Shown here one piece after another: positions 1 through 12,149 of a stretch of DNA of 51,619 nt. The notes under the pieces are model-generated. The model was not told the origin of the DNA and did no database searches. It saw nothing but the letters and a program-made list of their open reading frames with translations. The position numbers and the translations under genes are program-made. Origin of the DNA: Kofleriaceae bacterium. Lineage in GTDB: Bacteria > Myxococcota_A > Polyangia > Haliangiales > Haliangiaceae. Within the stretch, counting starts at the first letter, position 1. Every line of letters starts with the position of its first letter. The DNA lies in assembly GCA_046597055.1 (NCBI GenBank), contig JBKJLC010000249.1, forward strand, positions 1-51,619, read 5' to 3'.

Positions 1-300
1 GACAAGCCGACCAACCAGGGTGAAGGCGACCGCGAGGCGGCGCACTCGTACGAGGCCAAGCTCAAGGAGTTCATCCGCGAGGGTCGCGTCGAGCCCGCCG
101 CCCGCGACGCCGCGCGCGCGGTCGATGGCCCCGAGGCGGCCGACCTGCGCGCCGCCGAGGCCAAGGGGAAGGCCCCGGCTCAGACCGGGGTCGTGGAGGC
201 GATGCTTGGCGTCGGCCGAGCGCTGGTCGAGACCGCGAAGGCCAAGCTGCACCATACCCGCACCGCCCGCACCGCCCGGCGGTCTCGCCCGCACCAGTAG
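1..300 (+). CDS. Small hypothetical protein, 5'-truncated by window edge
   Basis: Frame 1 open to TAG at 298-300: DKPTNQGEGDREAAHSYEAKLKEFIREGRVEPAARDAARAVDGPEAADLRAAEAKGK...; GC3-biased codons; absent from the ORF track because the start is outside the window. Confidence 0.7.
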   Translation, partial: DKPTNQGEGDREAAHSYEAKLKEFIREGRVEPAARDAARAVDGPEAADLRAAEAKGKAPAQTGVVEAMLGVGRALVETAKAKLHHTRTARTARRSRPHQ

Positions 301-475
301 CGTGGCGCGCGCGAGCTCGACGGCCTCCCGCCGCTCGGGCTGGCTCGATCCCGGTTGGCCTGCACGCGACCCGGTCGCGCGCGGGCCGGGTCCTCGTATC
401 ACCTCGTCGTCACCGACGGCTCCCGCGTGAAGCGTTGTTACGCGAGGCGGAGGCCTCCCGGTGAGCGACGACTTG

Positions 476-1411
476 TCAGCTGCTGACGCCGGGCGGCTCG
501 GCCCGCGCGCGCACGATCGATGCGACGACGGCGATCCCGAGGATCCCCCCGATCACCCCGAGCGAGATCCCGATCGGCACCGTCATCACCCCCGACAGGA
601 CCATCTTGGCCCCGATGAAGCAGAGGACTGCCGCCAGGCCGACCTGCAGGTAGCAGAACCGCGCGAGCGCGCCCGCCAGCACGAAGTAGAGCGAGCGCAT
701 CCCGAGGATCGCAAAGATGTTCGACGTGTAGACGATGAACGGGTCCTGGGTGATGCCGAAGATCGCGGGGACCGAGTCGATCGCGAAGAGGATGTCGGAG
801 GCCTCGACCGTGACCAGGACCAGGAGCAGCGGGGTCGCGTGGCGGCGGCCATGCTCGACCACCGTGAAGCGCCCGCTGTCGTAGCCGGGGACGGTCGGCA
901 TCAGGCGCTCGAAGGCGCGGAAGATCCGCGAGCGCTCGGGATGGACCTGCGTGTGGCGGCCCAGGAACAGCTTGGCGCCGGTGAGCAGGAGGAGCGCGCC
1001 GAACCCGTAGATCACCCAGTGGAAGCGCTGGATCAGCGCGGCGCCGGCCACGACGAACAGCGCCCGCATCACCATCGCGCCGAGGATTCCCCAGAACAGC
1101 ACCCGGTGCTGCAGCGCGGCCGGCACCGCGAAGTACGAGAACAGCACGAGGAAGACGAACAGGTTGTCGACCGAGAGCGCCTTCTCGATCAGGTAGCCGG
1201 TGAAAAACTCGAGCGCGGGCTGGGCGCCGAACCAGGCGTAGACCAGGCCGTTGAAGCCGAGCGCCAGCGCGATCCACACCGCGGTCCACACCAGCGCCTC
1301 GCGCGGATGAACCACGCGATTGCCGCGGTGGACGGCCAGGTCGACCACGAGCAGCACGCCGATCAGCGCGGTGAAGCCGACCCACGACGCCGGCGTGCCG
1401 ACCGATTCCAC
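476..1411 (-). CDS. TerC/Alx family integral membrane protein
   Basis: Motifs GYLIEKALSVDNLFVF, DILFAIDSVPAIFGITQDPFIVYTSNIFAILGMRSLYF; GTG at 1411 preceded by GGAG. Confidence 0.93.
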   Translation of the reverse strand: MESVGTPASWVGFTALIGVLLVVDLAVHRGNRVVHPREALVWTAVWIALALGFNGLVYAWFGAQPALEFFTGYLIEKALSVDNLFVFLVLFSYFAVPAALQHRVLFWGILGAMVMRALFVVAGAALIQRFHWVIYGFGALLLLTGAKLFLGRHTQVHPERSRIFRAFERLMPTVPGYDSGRFTVVEHGRRHATPLLLVLVTVEASDILFAIDSVPAIFGITQDPFIVYTSNIFAILGMRSLYFVLAGALARFCYLQVGLAAVLCFIGAKMVLSGVMTVPIGISLGVIGGILGIAVVASIVRARAEPPGVSS

Positions 1412-1768
1412 GCTCACTCCGACGGGTGCTGGACCAGCACCGGCCGCCGGCACACGTCCGGATGACCGCGGCCGAGCGCCGGCTCGGTGCTCGCGGTAGC
1501 TAGCGCGGCGCGGTTCGGTTCATCGGGGTGGTAGAAGGGCATGGCACGGCCTGGTCGCACCGCGAGCTCGTGAGAGAGGAGCAGGCAAGACGCGCGCCCG
1601 ATCCGTCCACGACTGGAGCCCAGTCGGCACGCCGATCTGGGGGGACGGTGCGGCACCACGTGCGTACCTGCGCCGTGCGAGTGCGCTCGGTGGTGCGCAT
1701 ACGCGCGGTCCGCGCCGCCTCGCCCGGGTCAAGTCGCGAGGACTGGTCGCGCTTCGCACGCATGGTCG

Positions 1769-1784
1769 AGGAACGGCGGTTGCA
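1769..1784 (+). promoter_or_regulatory. Putative sigma54 -24/-12 promoter
   Basis: AGGAACGGCGGTTGCA (GG-N10-GC with TTGCA), 12 nt before ATG 1797. Confidence 0.65.
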
Positions 1785-1796
1785 CCGGTGGCGGCC

Positions 1797-2042
1797 ATGA
1801 CGCCCTGCGAAACCTGTGGCAACACCTATGACAAGGCCTTCGAGGTCGTCCTCGCCGGCAAGCGCCACGTGTTCGACAGCTTCGCCTGTGCGATCCACGC
1901 GCTCGCGCCGCGCTGCGCCCACTGTGGGGTCACGATCATGAGCCAGGGGCTCGAGAGCGAGGGCCGCTTCTTCTGCTGCTCGCACTGCGCGCGGCAAGAA
2001 GGGGTGGCCGGTCTCAAGGACCGCACCGAGAGCGCCGCGTAG
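1797..2042 (+). CDS. Small Cys/His-rich metal-binding protein (prokaryotic metallothionein-like)
   Basis: CETCGNTYDKAF...FDSFACAIHALAPRCAHCG...FFCCSHCA pattern. Confidence 0.85.
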   Translation: MTPCETCGNTYDKAFEVVLAGKRHVFDSFACAIHALAPRCAHCGVTIMSQGLESEGRFFCCSHCARQEGVAGLKDRTESAA

Positions 2043-2157
2043 CTGCTGGAATCGACGCCAGCGCGGCGCACGATGGCGTCGGTGAGCGACCTCCGCTAGC
2101 CTGGGCGATGGCGCCCGCAGCGCTCGACGAGTTCGAGGTGGGCGCCGGCAGGTCCGG

Positions 2158-2523
2158 CTAGACGCCGACGCGCTTGCGCACGTCGGCCGCGGTGGCGTCG
2201 TCGATGCGCAGCGCGAGCTGCAGCCGGTCGAGGAACTGGCGCTCGGCGTCCGCGATCTCGTCGTCCATCGCGACCACGCCCAGCGCGGCCGAGAAGATGT
2301 TCAGCCGGTCGTCGGATGGGATCTGCGAGACGTTGATGTCCTCGAGCCCGATCTTCTTGGTCAGCCAGCCGCGCGCGACCGCCTTTTGATCGTCCGACAG
2401 CTTGGCGACCTCGATCACCGCGCGCATGCCGGTCGACTCTTGCTCGGTGATCACGCCATCGGCCCACGCGGCGGCGATCCACACCTGCAGGGCGAGCAGC
2501 ACCTTGTTGTCGCTGGTCTTCAT
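2158..2523 (-). CDS. TerB-like (tellurite-resistance fold) protein
   Basis: Two repeated motifs AAAWADGVITEQE and VVAMDDEIADAERQFLDRL. Confidence 0.75.
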   Translation of the reverse strand: MKTSDNKVLLALQVWIAAAWADGVITEQESTGMRAVIEVAKLSDDQKAVARGWLTKKIGLEDINVSQIPSDDRLNIFSAALGVVAMDDEIADAERQFLDRLQLALRIDDATAADVRKRVGV

Positions 2524-2676
2524 CACCGGGACTATGCCTCCCGGACCGGTGGCGCACTACCGGCACATGCCGAAAGCCGCGCCGGTCGGGCCGGGCTCGC
2601 GCACGCTCGGCAAGTGCCCGGAACGATGCCGCGGCGCCACGCCCCCGGATCTCCGACGCGGTAGGCTCGCGAGCCC

Positions 2677-5163
<2,487 letters not shown>

Positions 5164-5244
5164 CCGGCGGCCGCGGCCGGCCCGGCGACCGGTCCCCGCC
5201 CGCCCGAGGGTGCCGTGGCGGTGGCCGGCGGGTACCATGCAGGC

Positions 5245-5661
5245 GTGCCGCGCGCGTCCGATGCCCGTCTCCCCACTGCCGCCGGCGTGATCGCCATCCG
5301 CGAGGATGGCCGCGTGCTCGCGGTATCGCGCGGCGCCGACCTGTCCAACTGGGGCCTGCCGTTCGGGCTGGGCGAGCCCGGCGAGGACGCCCGCGCGATC
5401 GCGCGCCGCGAGCTCCGCGAGGAGACCGGGCTCGACGCCGAGCTGTTCGAGTGCGTGTACGAGGCGCGGGCGGGCGCCTGCTGGGCGGTCACCTTCCGCG
5501 CCCAGGTGACCGGTGCGCTGCGCTCGTCGCACGAGGGCACCGCCGACTGGATCGACTACGAGCGCCTCACCGCGCCTACCTCCCGGCACGCGCCCTACCA
5601 CCGGCAGCTGCTGCGGCGGCTGCTGGCGGCCGGGTGCCTCGCGCGAGACGGCGTACGGTGA
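5245..5661 (+). CDS. NUDIX hydrolase
   Basis: Nudix box GLGEPGEDARAIARRELREETGL; GTG 5245 is 6 nt after TACCAT. Confidence 0.88.
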   Translation: MPRASDARLPTAAGVIAIREDGRVLAVSRGADLSNWGLPFGLGEPGEDARAIARRELREETGLDAELFECVYEARAGACWAVTFRAQVTGALRSSHEGTADWIDYERLTAPTSRHAPYHRQLLRRLLAAGCLARDGVR

Positions 5662-5816
5662 CCCGGGCCGGGGTAGGTTCGGCGCCGGTCCGGTCGGAAG
5701 TCGTACCAGCGCGCGTCGGTCATGAGCCCCCCAGGTCGTAAGTCCTCGTCGTGGCGCCGCGCTCACCACGCCGGTCCAGGCCGCTGCGTCGCCGCGACCG
5801 CGAAGGCGGTGAGGTA

Positions 5817-7079
5817 GTGGACGCCGCCGGACGCCTGCGCACGGGCGTGACCTGGAACCTGGTCCCGGTCGCGTTGCTCGCCGTGGTCGGGCTCGGGCTC
5901 AACTTCGCGATCGGGCGCTGGTGGGGCACCGCCGCGCTCGGCGTCTTCAACCAGGTCACCACCGCGTACATGGTGCTGGGCGTGTTCGGCGCGGTCGGCA
6001 TCATGTACTCGGTGCTGCGCGCGGTCGCCGCGCAGCCCGACGACCCGGCCCGGGTCGCCGCGATCACGGTCGGGGCGCTGGTGCCGACCGTCGTCCTGGG
6101 CGCCGGCGTGACCGCGGCGTTCGTGCTCGGGCGCGGCCTGCTGGCCGACCTGCTAGCCAGCGACGGGGTCGCCGAGGGCATCGCGTATGCGGCGCCGGGC
6201 CTGTTCTGCTTCACGGTCAACAAGGTCCTGTTCGCGGTGGTCAACGGTCGGGGCCGGATGCGAGCGTTCGCGGTCTACACCTCGATGCGCTACCTGCTGA
6301 TCGCCGCCGGCCTCGGGCTGGCCGGCGGGCTCGGGCTGCGCGCCCCCCAGCTGCCGGTGCTGTGGTCGCTCACCGAGGGCACGCTGCTGGTCGTGCTCGC
6401 GATCGACCTGATCGCGACCGTGCCGCTGGGCCAGGCCGCCGGCTGGCGGCCGTGGGTGGGCGAGCACCTCCGGTTCGGCACCCGTGGGGTCGGCGCCACG
6501 CTGCTGTTCGAGATCAACTCGCGGCTCGACGTGTGGCTGCTGGGCGCCGCGCTGTCGGACGCGCAGGTCGGGGTGTACAGCATGGCGGCCAGCCTGGCCG
6601 AAGGCGCCAGCCAGCTCGCGGTCGTCCTCCAGGTCAACGTCAACCCGACCATCGCCGCCGACCTCGCGCTCGGCAAGCCGGGCGAGGTCGAGCGACTGGT
6701 GGCCCGGACCCGGCGCTGGTTCGTCCCCGCGATGATGGCGGTGTGCGCGCTGGCGGCGGTCGGGTTCCCGCTCGCGATCCCGTGGCTGACCGGCAACCCC
6801 GACTTCGCGGCCAGCGCGGTGCCGTTCGCGGTGCTGATGGCCGGCCTGGCGCTGGCGTCGCCGTGGCTGCCGTTCAACCAGATCTTGCTGATGGCAGGGC
6901 GCCCGGGCTGGCACACGATCTACGTCGCGGTCGCGGTGGCCGGCAACGTGACGCTGAGCCTCGTGTTGATCCCCCGGCTGGGCCCGACCGGGGCCGCCGC
7001 CGCCGCCGCGATCGCGCTGGTCGCGTCCGCGCTGTGGCTGCGACGGATGGCGCGCGGGCTGGTCGGCGTGCGCCTGTGA
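5817..7079 (+). CDS. Polysaccharide biosynthesis flippase (Wzx/MOP family)
   Basis: About 12 hydrophobic segments; INSRLDVWLLGAALSDAQVGVYSMA motif; start uncertain (5751 alternative). Confidence 0.82.
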   Translation: MDAAGRLRTGVTWNLVPVALLAVVGLGLNFAIGRWWGTAALGVFNQVTTAYMVLGVFGAVGIMYSVLRAVAAQPDDPARVAAITVGALVPTVVLGAGVTAAFVLGRGLLADLLASDGVAEGIAYAAPGLFCFTVNKVLFAVVNGRGRMRAFAVYTSMRYLLIAAGLGLAGGLGLRAPQLPVLWSLTEGTLLVVLAIDLIATVPLGQAAGWRPWVGEHLRFGTRGVGATLLFEINSRLDVWLLGAALSDAQVGVYSMAASLAEGASQLAVVLQVNVNPTIAADLALGKPGEVERLVARTRRWFVPAMMAVCALAAVGFPLAIPWLTGNPDFAASAVPFAVLMAGLALASPWLPFNQILLMAGRPGWHTIYVAVAVAGNVTLSLVLIPRLGPTGAAAAAAIALVASALWLRRMARGLVGVRL

Positions 7080-7101
7080 CGGGCGCCGGACCTCCAACCG
7101 C

Positions 7102-8772
7102 TCAGCCCACGCCGACCTCGATCACCGCGGCGGCCGGGTCGACCCGCACCAGGCAGGCCTCGACCTCGCGGCGCACCTGGGCGAGGGTGTCGGCGCCGAC
7201 CGGCTGGTCGGCGAGCGGCGCGGCCGCGTACAGGATCCACTGCAGCGCGCCGTCACTGTGGATCGGGACCACCAGCCCGGCCGCCTCGCTGATGCCGGTG
7301 ACCAGCATGGCCAGCCGGTAGTCGAGCGGGGAGCCGGGCAGGAACGGCGTCGCCTCGCCGAGACGGGCCCGGGCCACCACGCTCGACGGACCCGAGGTGA
7401 GGAGGCGCAGCGAGCGGACCAGCGGCCAGTCGCGGACGTCGCCGGTGGCGAAGGTGGGCTCGAGCTGATCTCCCGCGACCTCGTACGCGATCGCGGCCTG
7501 ATAATGCTGGGTCAGGAACCGCAGCGCGATGCGCAGCGCGGTGTCGCGATCGCGGGCGCCGCGCAGGAGCCCGCACGCGGTGCCGGCGCCGATCGGCTCG
7601 TCGAGCAGCGACGTCGGCGGTGGGGTCGAGCCGCGCGCGCGCGCGGTCGGCCTGCTGTCGAACCGGTTGACCGTGCTCCGGCGGCCGCGCGTCAACGGGA
7701 TCACGTCAGCCCGGCGCTTGCGCGGGGCCAGGGTGGCGCGCAGCTCGACCCGCATGGTGTCCGACACCTCGATCGTCACCGGGGTGGCGTCGGGAGCCAG
7801 GGTCGCGTGGGCGCGGGTGTCCTCGCAGAACAGGTGCAGCGAGCGGCCGCCGCGGCGCGCGCCGTGGGCCCGGCGGCGCAGATCGATCAACGCGATGATC
7901 TCGGTGCGGGTGCCACGATCGATGTTGACGACCAGCTGCGAGCTGTAGGCGAGCGCGGTGTAGAGGCCGAGCCCGGCGCCGCCGGCCTTCTGTTCGATCG
8001 GATCGGCCTCGGCGAGGCAGCGGCGCAACCCGGCCCGCACGTGCTCCGGGCGCAGCGCGCCGAACCAATCGGTCACCGAGATCGCGAGCTGATCGCCGTC
8101 GGAGCCCCAGCGCACGGTCACCAGCTCCCACGGATCGAGCACGACCTTCTGGCGCCGATCGACCGCGAGGTACCGGGGCCGGCCGTCGACGTCGCGGGGC
8201 GCGTCGTAGACCGCGTTGGTGACCAGCTCGTCGGCGACCGCCTCGACCGCGCGCCGGGCCTCGGTGCCGGCGCCGAGCCAGTCGACGTGCGCGCCGATCG
8301 CGGTGACCACGTCGTCGCGATCGCTGGCGCCGCGGATCTCGGAGGTGGTGAGCTCGAGGCCGAACGAGGGCAGGTACTTCTCGAGGCCGAACAGGTCGGC
8401 GCGCAGGATCTTCTCGGCGGTGACCACCACCTCGCGGGCCAGCTCGTCGAGCGAGTCGCCGCCGTCGCCCGAGCGGGCCAGGAAATGCTCGACCTCGTGC
8501 GTGCACACGAAGTCGAGCATCACCGCCGGATCGCCCGCGGTCGACAGCACCACCGCCGGGATCGTGCCGCGGGCGGCGGTGACCACCGCGTGCGGATCGG
8601 GCGCGGCGCCGTCGACGAAGACGAGATCAACCGCGCGCGCGCCGACCAGATCGCGGGCGGTGGTCGCGTCGTCGACCGCGATCACCTCGTTGCCGGCCGC
8701 CCGCAGGTGACCGCTGAGCCTACGTCCACCGTTCTTGTCGTTCGAATACAGCAGGATCGTCTTCCCGAGCAT
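7102..8772 (-). CDS. Receiver-like / HATPase (RsbW-like) / GAF-like multidomain signalling protein
   Basis: N-term TILLYSND...DLVFVD (REC-like); N-box ADELVTNAVYDA, D-box ISVTDWFG, G-box GGAGLGL; C-term LVVPIHSDGALQWILYA (GAF-like). Confidence 0.75.
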   Translation of the reverse strand: MLGKTILLYSNDKNGGRRLSGHLRAAGNEVIAVDDATTARDLVGARAVDLVFVDGAAPDPHAVVTAARGTIPAVVLSTAGDPAVMLDFVCTHEVEHFLARSGDGGDSLDELAREVVVTAEKILRADLFGLEKYLPSFGLELTTSEIRGASDRDDVVTAIGAHVDWLGAGTEARRAVEAVADELVTNAVYDAPRDVDGRPRYLAVDRRQKVVLDPWELVTVRWGSDGDQLAISVTDWFGALRPEHVRAGLRRCLAEADPIEQKAGGAGLGLYTALAYSSQLVVNIDRGTRTEIIALIDLRRRAHGARRGGRSLHLFCEDTRAHATLAPDATPVTIEVSDTMRVELRATLAPRKRRADVIPLTRGRRSTVNRFDSRPTARARGSTPPPTSLLDEPIGAGTACGLLRGARDRDTALRIALRFLTQHYQAAIAYEVAGDQLEPTFATGDVRDWPLVRSLRLLTSGPSSVVARARLGEATPFLPGSPLDYRLAMLVTGISEAAGLVVPIHSDGALQWILYAAAPLADQPVGADTLAQVRREVEACLVRVDPAAAVIEVGVG

Positions 8773-8784
8773 GACCGGGTCCAC

Positions 8785-8800
8785 TGCGCGCGACGTGCCA
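8785..8800 (-). promoter_or_regulatory. Putative sigma54 -24/-12 promoter
   Basis: Minus strand TGGCACGTCGCGCGCA, 12 nt before ATG 8772. Confidence 0.6.
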
Positions 8801-9053
8801 GCTGCCATCAAGCGATGCTCATGGGCGGCGTCGATCGCGCGCTGGAAGTTGCGCCGCACTCTTTGCGTAGCGCTGCGACCGAGCGTCACACACCTCGTGA
8901 TCCGCGTGAGGTCGACGACAGCCATTGCGCTGTTAGTGCTGTAAGCGCGCGGACATCGCGTACGCGGCGATGGCGCGAAAGCTCTCACGATCCCGCTGCT
9001 TGCAGGACATGCAGCCTCGACCGCCGGTTGCGTGGCGACTACCGTGCGACCCG

Positions 9054-10037
9054 ATGAGGCTCGTCACGCTGGTTGTGCTTGCCGCGGTTCCCGGGATGCT
9101 GCTCGCCTGCGGCAAGCACGGCAGCGGCGGGGCCGGTGATGGCGATGGCGGCGGCACCGGGGCCGAGGTCGATGCGCCCGCGCCGACGGCGACCGACGCG
9201 GCGAACCTCGACGCGGCGACCTGCGCGACGCCGGCGGCGTGCGACTGGATCGAGCCCTACCAGCGCGACATCGTGGGCCGGCTGGCCGGCGCCCAGGAGA
9301 TCGCGCCGGGCGTCCGACTCGGGCACCGCGCCAACGCCACCGAGCGCGAGCACGCCCGCGTGTACCTGATCGCGGAGCTGACCCGGCTCGGCTACACCGC
9401 CGAGCGGCACGCCTACCGGGCCAGCGGCACCAACGTGGTCGCGTACCTCGCGGCCGACGCGGCCGGGCCCGGCGCGGGCCTGATCGTGGTGGGCGCGCAC
9501 TTCGACAGCGTCCCCGCCGGACCCGGCGCCGCCGACAACGCGACCGGCGTCGCGATCGTGCTCACCGCGGCGCGCTATCTGATCGACCGGCCCGGGCGGC
9601 GCCATCCGGTCGCGTTCGTGCTGTTTGACGAGGAGGAGATCGGCCTGATCGGCAGCCGCGCCTACGCCGAGCGGCTGCTCACCGACCAGGTGCCGGTCAC
9701 CGCGGCGCACTGCTTCGACATGCTCAGCTTCGACCTGGACGCCGACCAGGCGATCGAGCTGTGGTCACCGGTGGCCGGGCTCGAGGCCGCCTATCGCGCG
9801 GCCGGGGCCGCGGCCGGCGTGCCGATCCAGCCGGTGAGGTTCGGGTCGAGCGATCACACCGCGTTTCTCGAGCGCAGCCTGCCCGCGGTCGGCATCGGCG
9901 AGGAGTTCGTCGGCAACGACCACACGCCGCACTATCACCGCTCGACCGACACCTTCGACAAGGTCGACTTCAGCTACCTCGCGCGCGCGACCCGGGTCGG
10001 GCTCGACGTCATCGCCGCCGGCGTCGCCACCCCGTGA
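9054..10037 (+). CDS. M28 family metallopeptidase lipoprotein
   Basis: Lipobox LLAC; VVGAHFDS, GAADNATG, DEEEIGLIGS, SDH, HYHRSTD. Confidence 0.92.
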   Translation: MRLVTLVVLAAVPGMLLACGKHGSGGAGDGDGGGTGAEVDAPAPTATDAANLDAATCATPAACDWIEPYQRDIVGRLAGAQEIAPGVRLGHRANATEREHARVYLIAELTRLGYTAERHAYRASGTNVVAYLAADAAGPGAGLIVVGAHFDSVPAGPGAADNATGVAIVLTAARYLIDRPGRRHPVAFVLFDEEEIGLIGSRAYAERLLTDQVPVTAAHCFDMLSFDLDADQAIELWSPVAGLEAAYRAAGAAAGVPIQPVRFGSSDHTAFLERSLPAVGIGEEFVGNDHTPHYHRSTDTFDKVDFSYLARATRVGLDVIAAGVATP

Positions 10038-10046
10038 CCAGCGGCG

Positions 10047-11474
10047 TCAGCGCCGCCGCTCGATCCGCGTGACCTGATAGCGGCCAGGGTCGGCGCCGAT
10101 CTCGATCAGATCGAGCGGCACCGGCGTCGCGGCGGTGAACGACTCGAGCGGCGGGGTGCCCGGCGAGCGCATCGTCCACACCCGGTACACCCGCTCGCCG
10201 CGCTCGAGCTTGGCGCCGGGCGCGGTCCAGTCTCCCACCTCGCAGGCGCCGTACCACATCATCTGCGTGAAGCGGTGCGTCACCACGTGGCAGGGTTGGC
10301 CGGCGGCGTCGCGACGGAGCACCGCGGCCGCATCGACCACCGGTCCGCGCCAGTCGTCGACCGCGCCGCCGGCGATGACGCCGATCGCGACGCCCAGCCA
10401 CGACGTCGCGACCAGGGCCAGGGCGACCCGGCGCAGCGCCGGGCGTGGCGCGTGAGCGCGCGCCAGGCGACCGAGCGCGTCGACGCCGAGCACCAGCAGC
10501 GCCATCAGCCCGAAGAAGATGTAGCGCGGGACCCCGTGCGAGATGAGCCCGAGCGTCACGATCTGGGCGACCGCGACCAGCCACAGGTAGCGGGCCGGCT
10601 TCCGCGTGGTGTCCGGCGGCCGGACGACGCTGGCGAGCCCGGCCAGCAGCACCGGCGCGGCGAGGACCCCGTAGAACCGGAGCGGGTTGCGCAGCAGGTA
10701 GGTGGCCAGCCCCTCACCGACATACGCGCGGCGCGGGACGCCGGAGCTGAAGCGGATGATGCCGAGCGGGGAGCCGGTCTCGGCGATCGCGTGGAGCGCG
10801 TGCGGCACCAGCAGCAGCGCCAGCAGCCCGGCGGTGGCGAGCAGCGGGAGCGCGCGCGCGCGCCGGCCCCAGACCAGCCCGGCGCCGACCACGATCATCG
10901 CGATCGGGACGCAGCTGGCGTAGCGCAGGTAGAACGCCGCGGCCAGCCACGGCGCGGCCGCGAGGATGCGCCAGCGCGGGCCGTCGGCCCGCGCGAGCTC
11001 GCCGGCCAGGGTCGCCGCACCCATGAGCAGGGCCGCGGTCGACGGCAGATCCGACAGCAGCTCGTGGCCGTGCAGGGCCAGCGCGTGGGTCCCGACCACG
11101 ATCGCCGCCGCCCACGCGCCCGCCTCGCCGCCGAGCAACCGGCGGCCGGCGTGGCGCACCGCGAACAGGAAGCCGATCGCGAGCACGACCGCGGGCGCGC
11201 GCAGCGCCACGTCGGAGCCGCCGGCGAGCACGCCGAGCGCGGCGATCACGTGCATGCCGACCGAGCGGTACAGCCAGGGCGGCTGGTGGCCGCGGAGCAG
11301 GGCATCGCCGCCGATCGCGTAGGCGGCCTCGTCGTGGCCGAGCGGGCCGTCGGTCAGCCAGCCGATCAACAGGATCAGCGTCCACGCCACCAGCGCGGCG
11401 GTGAACAGCCGCCGCTCGCGGGTCGTGGCGGGGTCGGTCCGGAGCGCGTCCTGCAAGCAACCGCAACCTCTCAT
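10047..11474 (-). CDS. GT-C fold membrane glycosyltransferase (ArnT/PMT, GT39-like)
   Basis: PLGHDEAAY after first TM helix, LLSDLPS, many TM segments, PRY motif; start uncertain (11456-11486). Confidence 0.78.
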   Translation of the reverse strand: MRGCGCLQDALRTDPATTRERRLFTAALVAWTLILLIGWLTDGPLGHDEAAYAIGGDALLRGHQPPWLYRSVGMHVIAALGVLAGGSDVALRAPAVVLAIGFLFAVRHAGRRLLGGEAGAWAAAIVVGTHALALHGHELLSDLPSTAALLMGAATLAGELARADGPRWRILAAAPWLAAAFYLRYASCVPIAMIVVGAGLVWGRRARALPLLATAGLLALLLVPHALHAIAETGSPLGIIRFSSGVPRRAYVGEGLATYLLRNPLRFYGVLAAPVLLAGLASVVRPPDTTRKPARYLWLVAVAQIVTLGLISHGVPRYIFFGLMALLVLGVDALGRLARAHAPRPALRRVALALVATSWLGVAIGVIAGGAVDDWRGPVVDAAAVLRRDAAGQPCHVVTHRFTQMMWYGACEVGDWTAPGAKLERGERVYRVWTMRSPGTPPLESFTAATPVPLDLIEIGADPGRYQVTRIERRR

Positions 11475-11794
11475 GATCCTACCCATCGCCGCCGCTGAAA
11501 GTGCAGCGCCACGCGGCCGCCGTCTCGCGAGCTCGGCCTGTCTTCCGAGGTCCCGAGACCGAGTGCGGACTGCCGAGCGCCGAGGTGCCGGTGTACCGGT
11601 CGGCTCCGCCGAACTCGAGGGCGCCGATCTCGGCGACCAGCGGCTCGAGCGCCGCTTGGGCCTACGGGCGGACCGCCTGGCGCGGTGGCCGGCGGTCCGC
11701 TTCCCGCACGCGCTGGACGAGACGGAGCTGGCGGCGGCCCGGAGGTGGTGTACATGCACCCACACCATGCACGTCGGGTTCCTCGGCCGCGACG

Positions 11795-12100
11795 GGCCCG
11801 TGATCTACGAAGAGCAGGTCCCCAAGGTCGGGTCCGCCGCAGCAGCGTCTGGAACTCGGCATCGAGCGCGGGCCCGGTGCGGGCGCGCGACGGATCTGCC
11901 GGGTCGCGGTGAACGAGGTGCGCGACCAAGGTCCAGCCCGGCTTGCGGGCGAGCGCGTCACCGAACCGCTCGGCGCGGTAATGGCGGTGGGGCGTGACCT
12001 CGAAGGTCGGCACCGGCAGCTCGGCGTTCGACAGGACCACGCCGCCGAAGATGTTGCACTTCCAGTAGGCCCTCGAGCCGACCCCGTAGGCAGCGCCGCA
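11795..12100 (-). pseudogene. Frameshifted fragment of an unknown protein (possible Cys-catalytic fold)
   Basis: Protein-like AYWKCNIFGGVVLSNAELPVPTF...AEFQTLLRRTRP continues after a 1-nt shift near 11825 as GDLLFVDHG; no start or proper end. Confidence 0.4.
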
Positions 12101-12149
12101 CTCGAATCCTGGCGGCAACCCAGGACGGCGGACCGAGTACAGTGGTGGT

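Noticed and set aside
1420..1700. yybP-ykoY (Mn) riboswitch upstream of terC
   Set aside because: Weak resemblance (GGGGTGGTAG...CAGGCAAGAC) is on the opposite strand to terC; not supportable without a covariance search
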